Made by a program: the position numbers and the translations under genes
In this document: one piece after another, positions 63,684 to 64,000 of the stretch
How the letters are laid out: each line of letters begins with the position of its first letter
How positions within the stretch are numbered: the stretch's first letter is position 1
NCBI RefSeq assembly: GCF_006345805.1
Contig: NC_043020.1
Span: forward strand, 26,970,001 to 27,034,000
Direction: 5' to 3'
Length of the DNA stretch: 64,000 nucleotides
Source of the DNA: Octopus sinensis
Taxonomy: Eukaryota
The notes under the pieces: model-generated
What the model was told of the DNA's origin: nothing
Database searches by the model: none
The model's input: the letters and a program-made list of their open reading frames with translations, nothing else

Positions 63684-64000
63684 GTATGTATGTATATATA
63701 TGTATGTATGTATATATATATACTTTTGAAGATATTTTCCATGTCTCTTTTGTATGTGTTTGGTAAAGAATAAATCTTGTCTCTCAGGTTAATTTCATTC
63801 CAATCTTTTAGTCGATATTGTCGTACCATTATTCACAGCTTGGAATTCTTTTTTGAATTTTTCCTTTATATATTTCATTTAGAGAGCTTTGGAGTAGATA
63901 CGCCTCAGTGTTGTATGAATTCATTCTGTCTAATCTTAGACATAGGTAGACACAGGCAAAAACAGGTGTATAGACGAATGAAAATATATACATATTTATA

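Overview
Eukaryotic, repeat-saturated, essentially non-coding DNA. The SINE families and the very high density of (TA)n/(CA)n/(TATC)n microsatellites point to an octopus genome (pattern recognition, not a database hit). No intact protein-coding gene is supportable: nearly all ORFs in the track are translations of microsatellites or low-complexity tracts. The only protein-like signals are two dead non-LTR retrotransposon relics: a CR1/L2-group RT at about 8.4-9.7 kb (+) and an L1/Tx1-like ORF2 C-terminus at 54.7-55.3 kb (-), flanked on both sides by (GATA)n. At least four SINE-like families recur (my working labels A-D), plus piggyBac-type, hAT-type, Helitron-type and TTAGGG-containing TIR non-autonomous elements. 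Penelope-like termini with hammerhead-like cores and a candidate minus-strand 5' exon with a CTCF-like motif near 32.1-32.5 kb are also present. The least explained structures are: (i) a 4.7-kb highly degenerate array of an ~18-nt GTGTCACAGACTGTAGTA-like unit that switches orientation in blocks (24.8-29.6 kb); (ii) a 12-unit minisatellite built from the 3' end of a SINE (17.26-17.74 kb); (iii) several near-perfect fold-back palindromes next to (TA)n runs. Repeat boundaries are approximate (tens of bp) unless termini are quoted.
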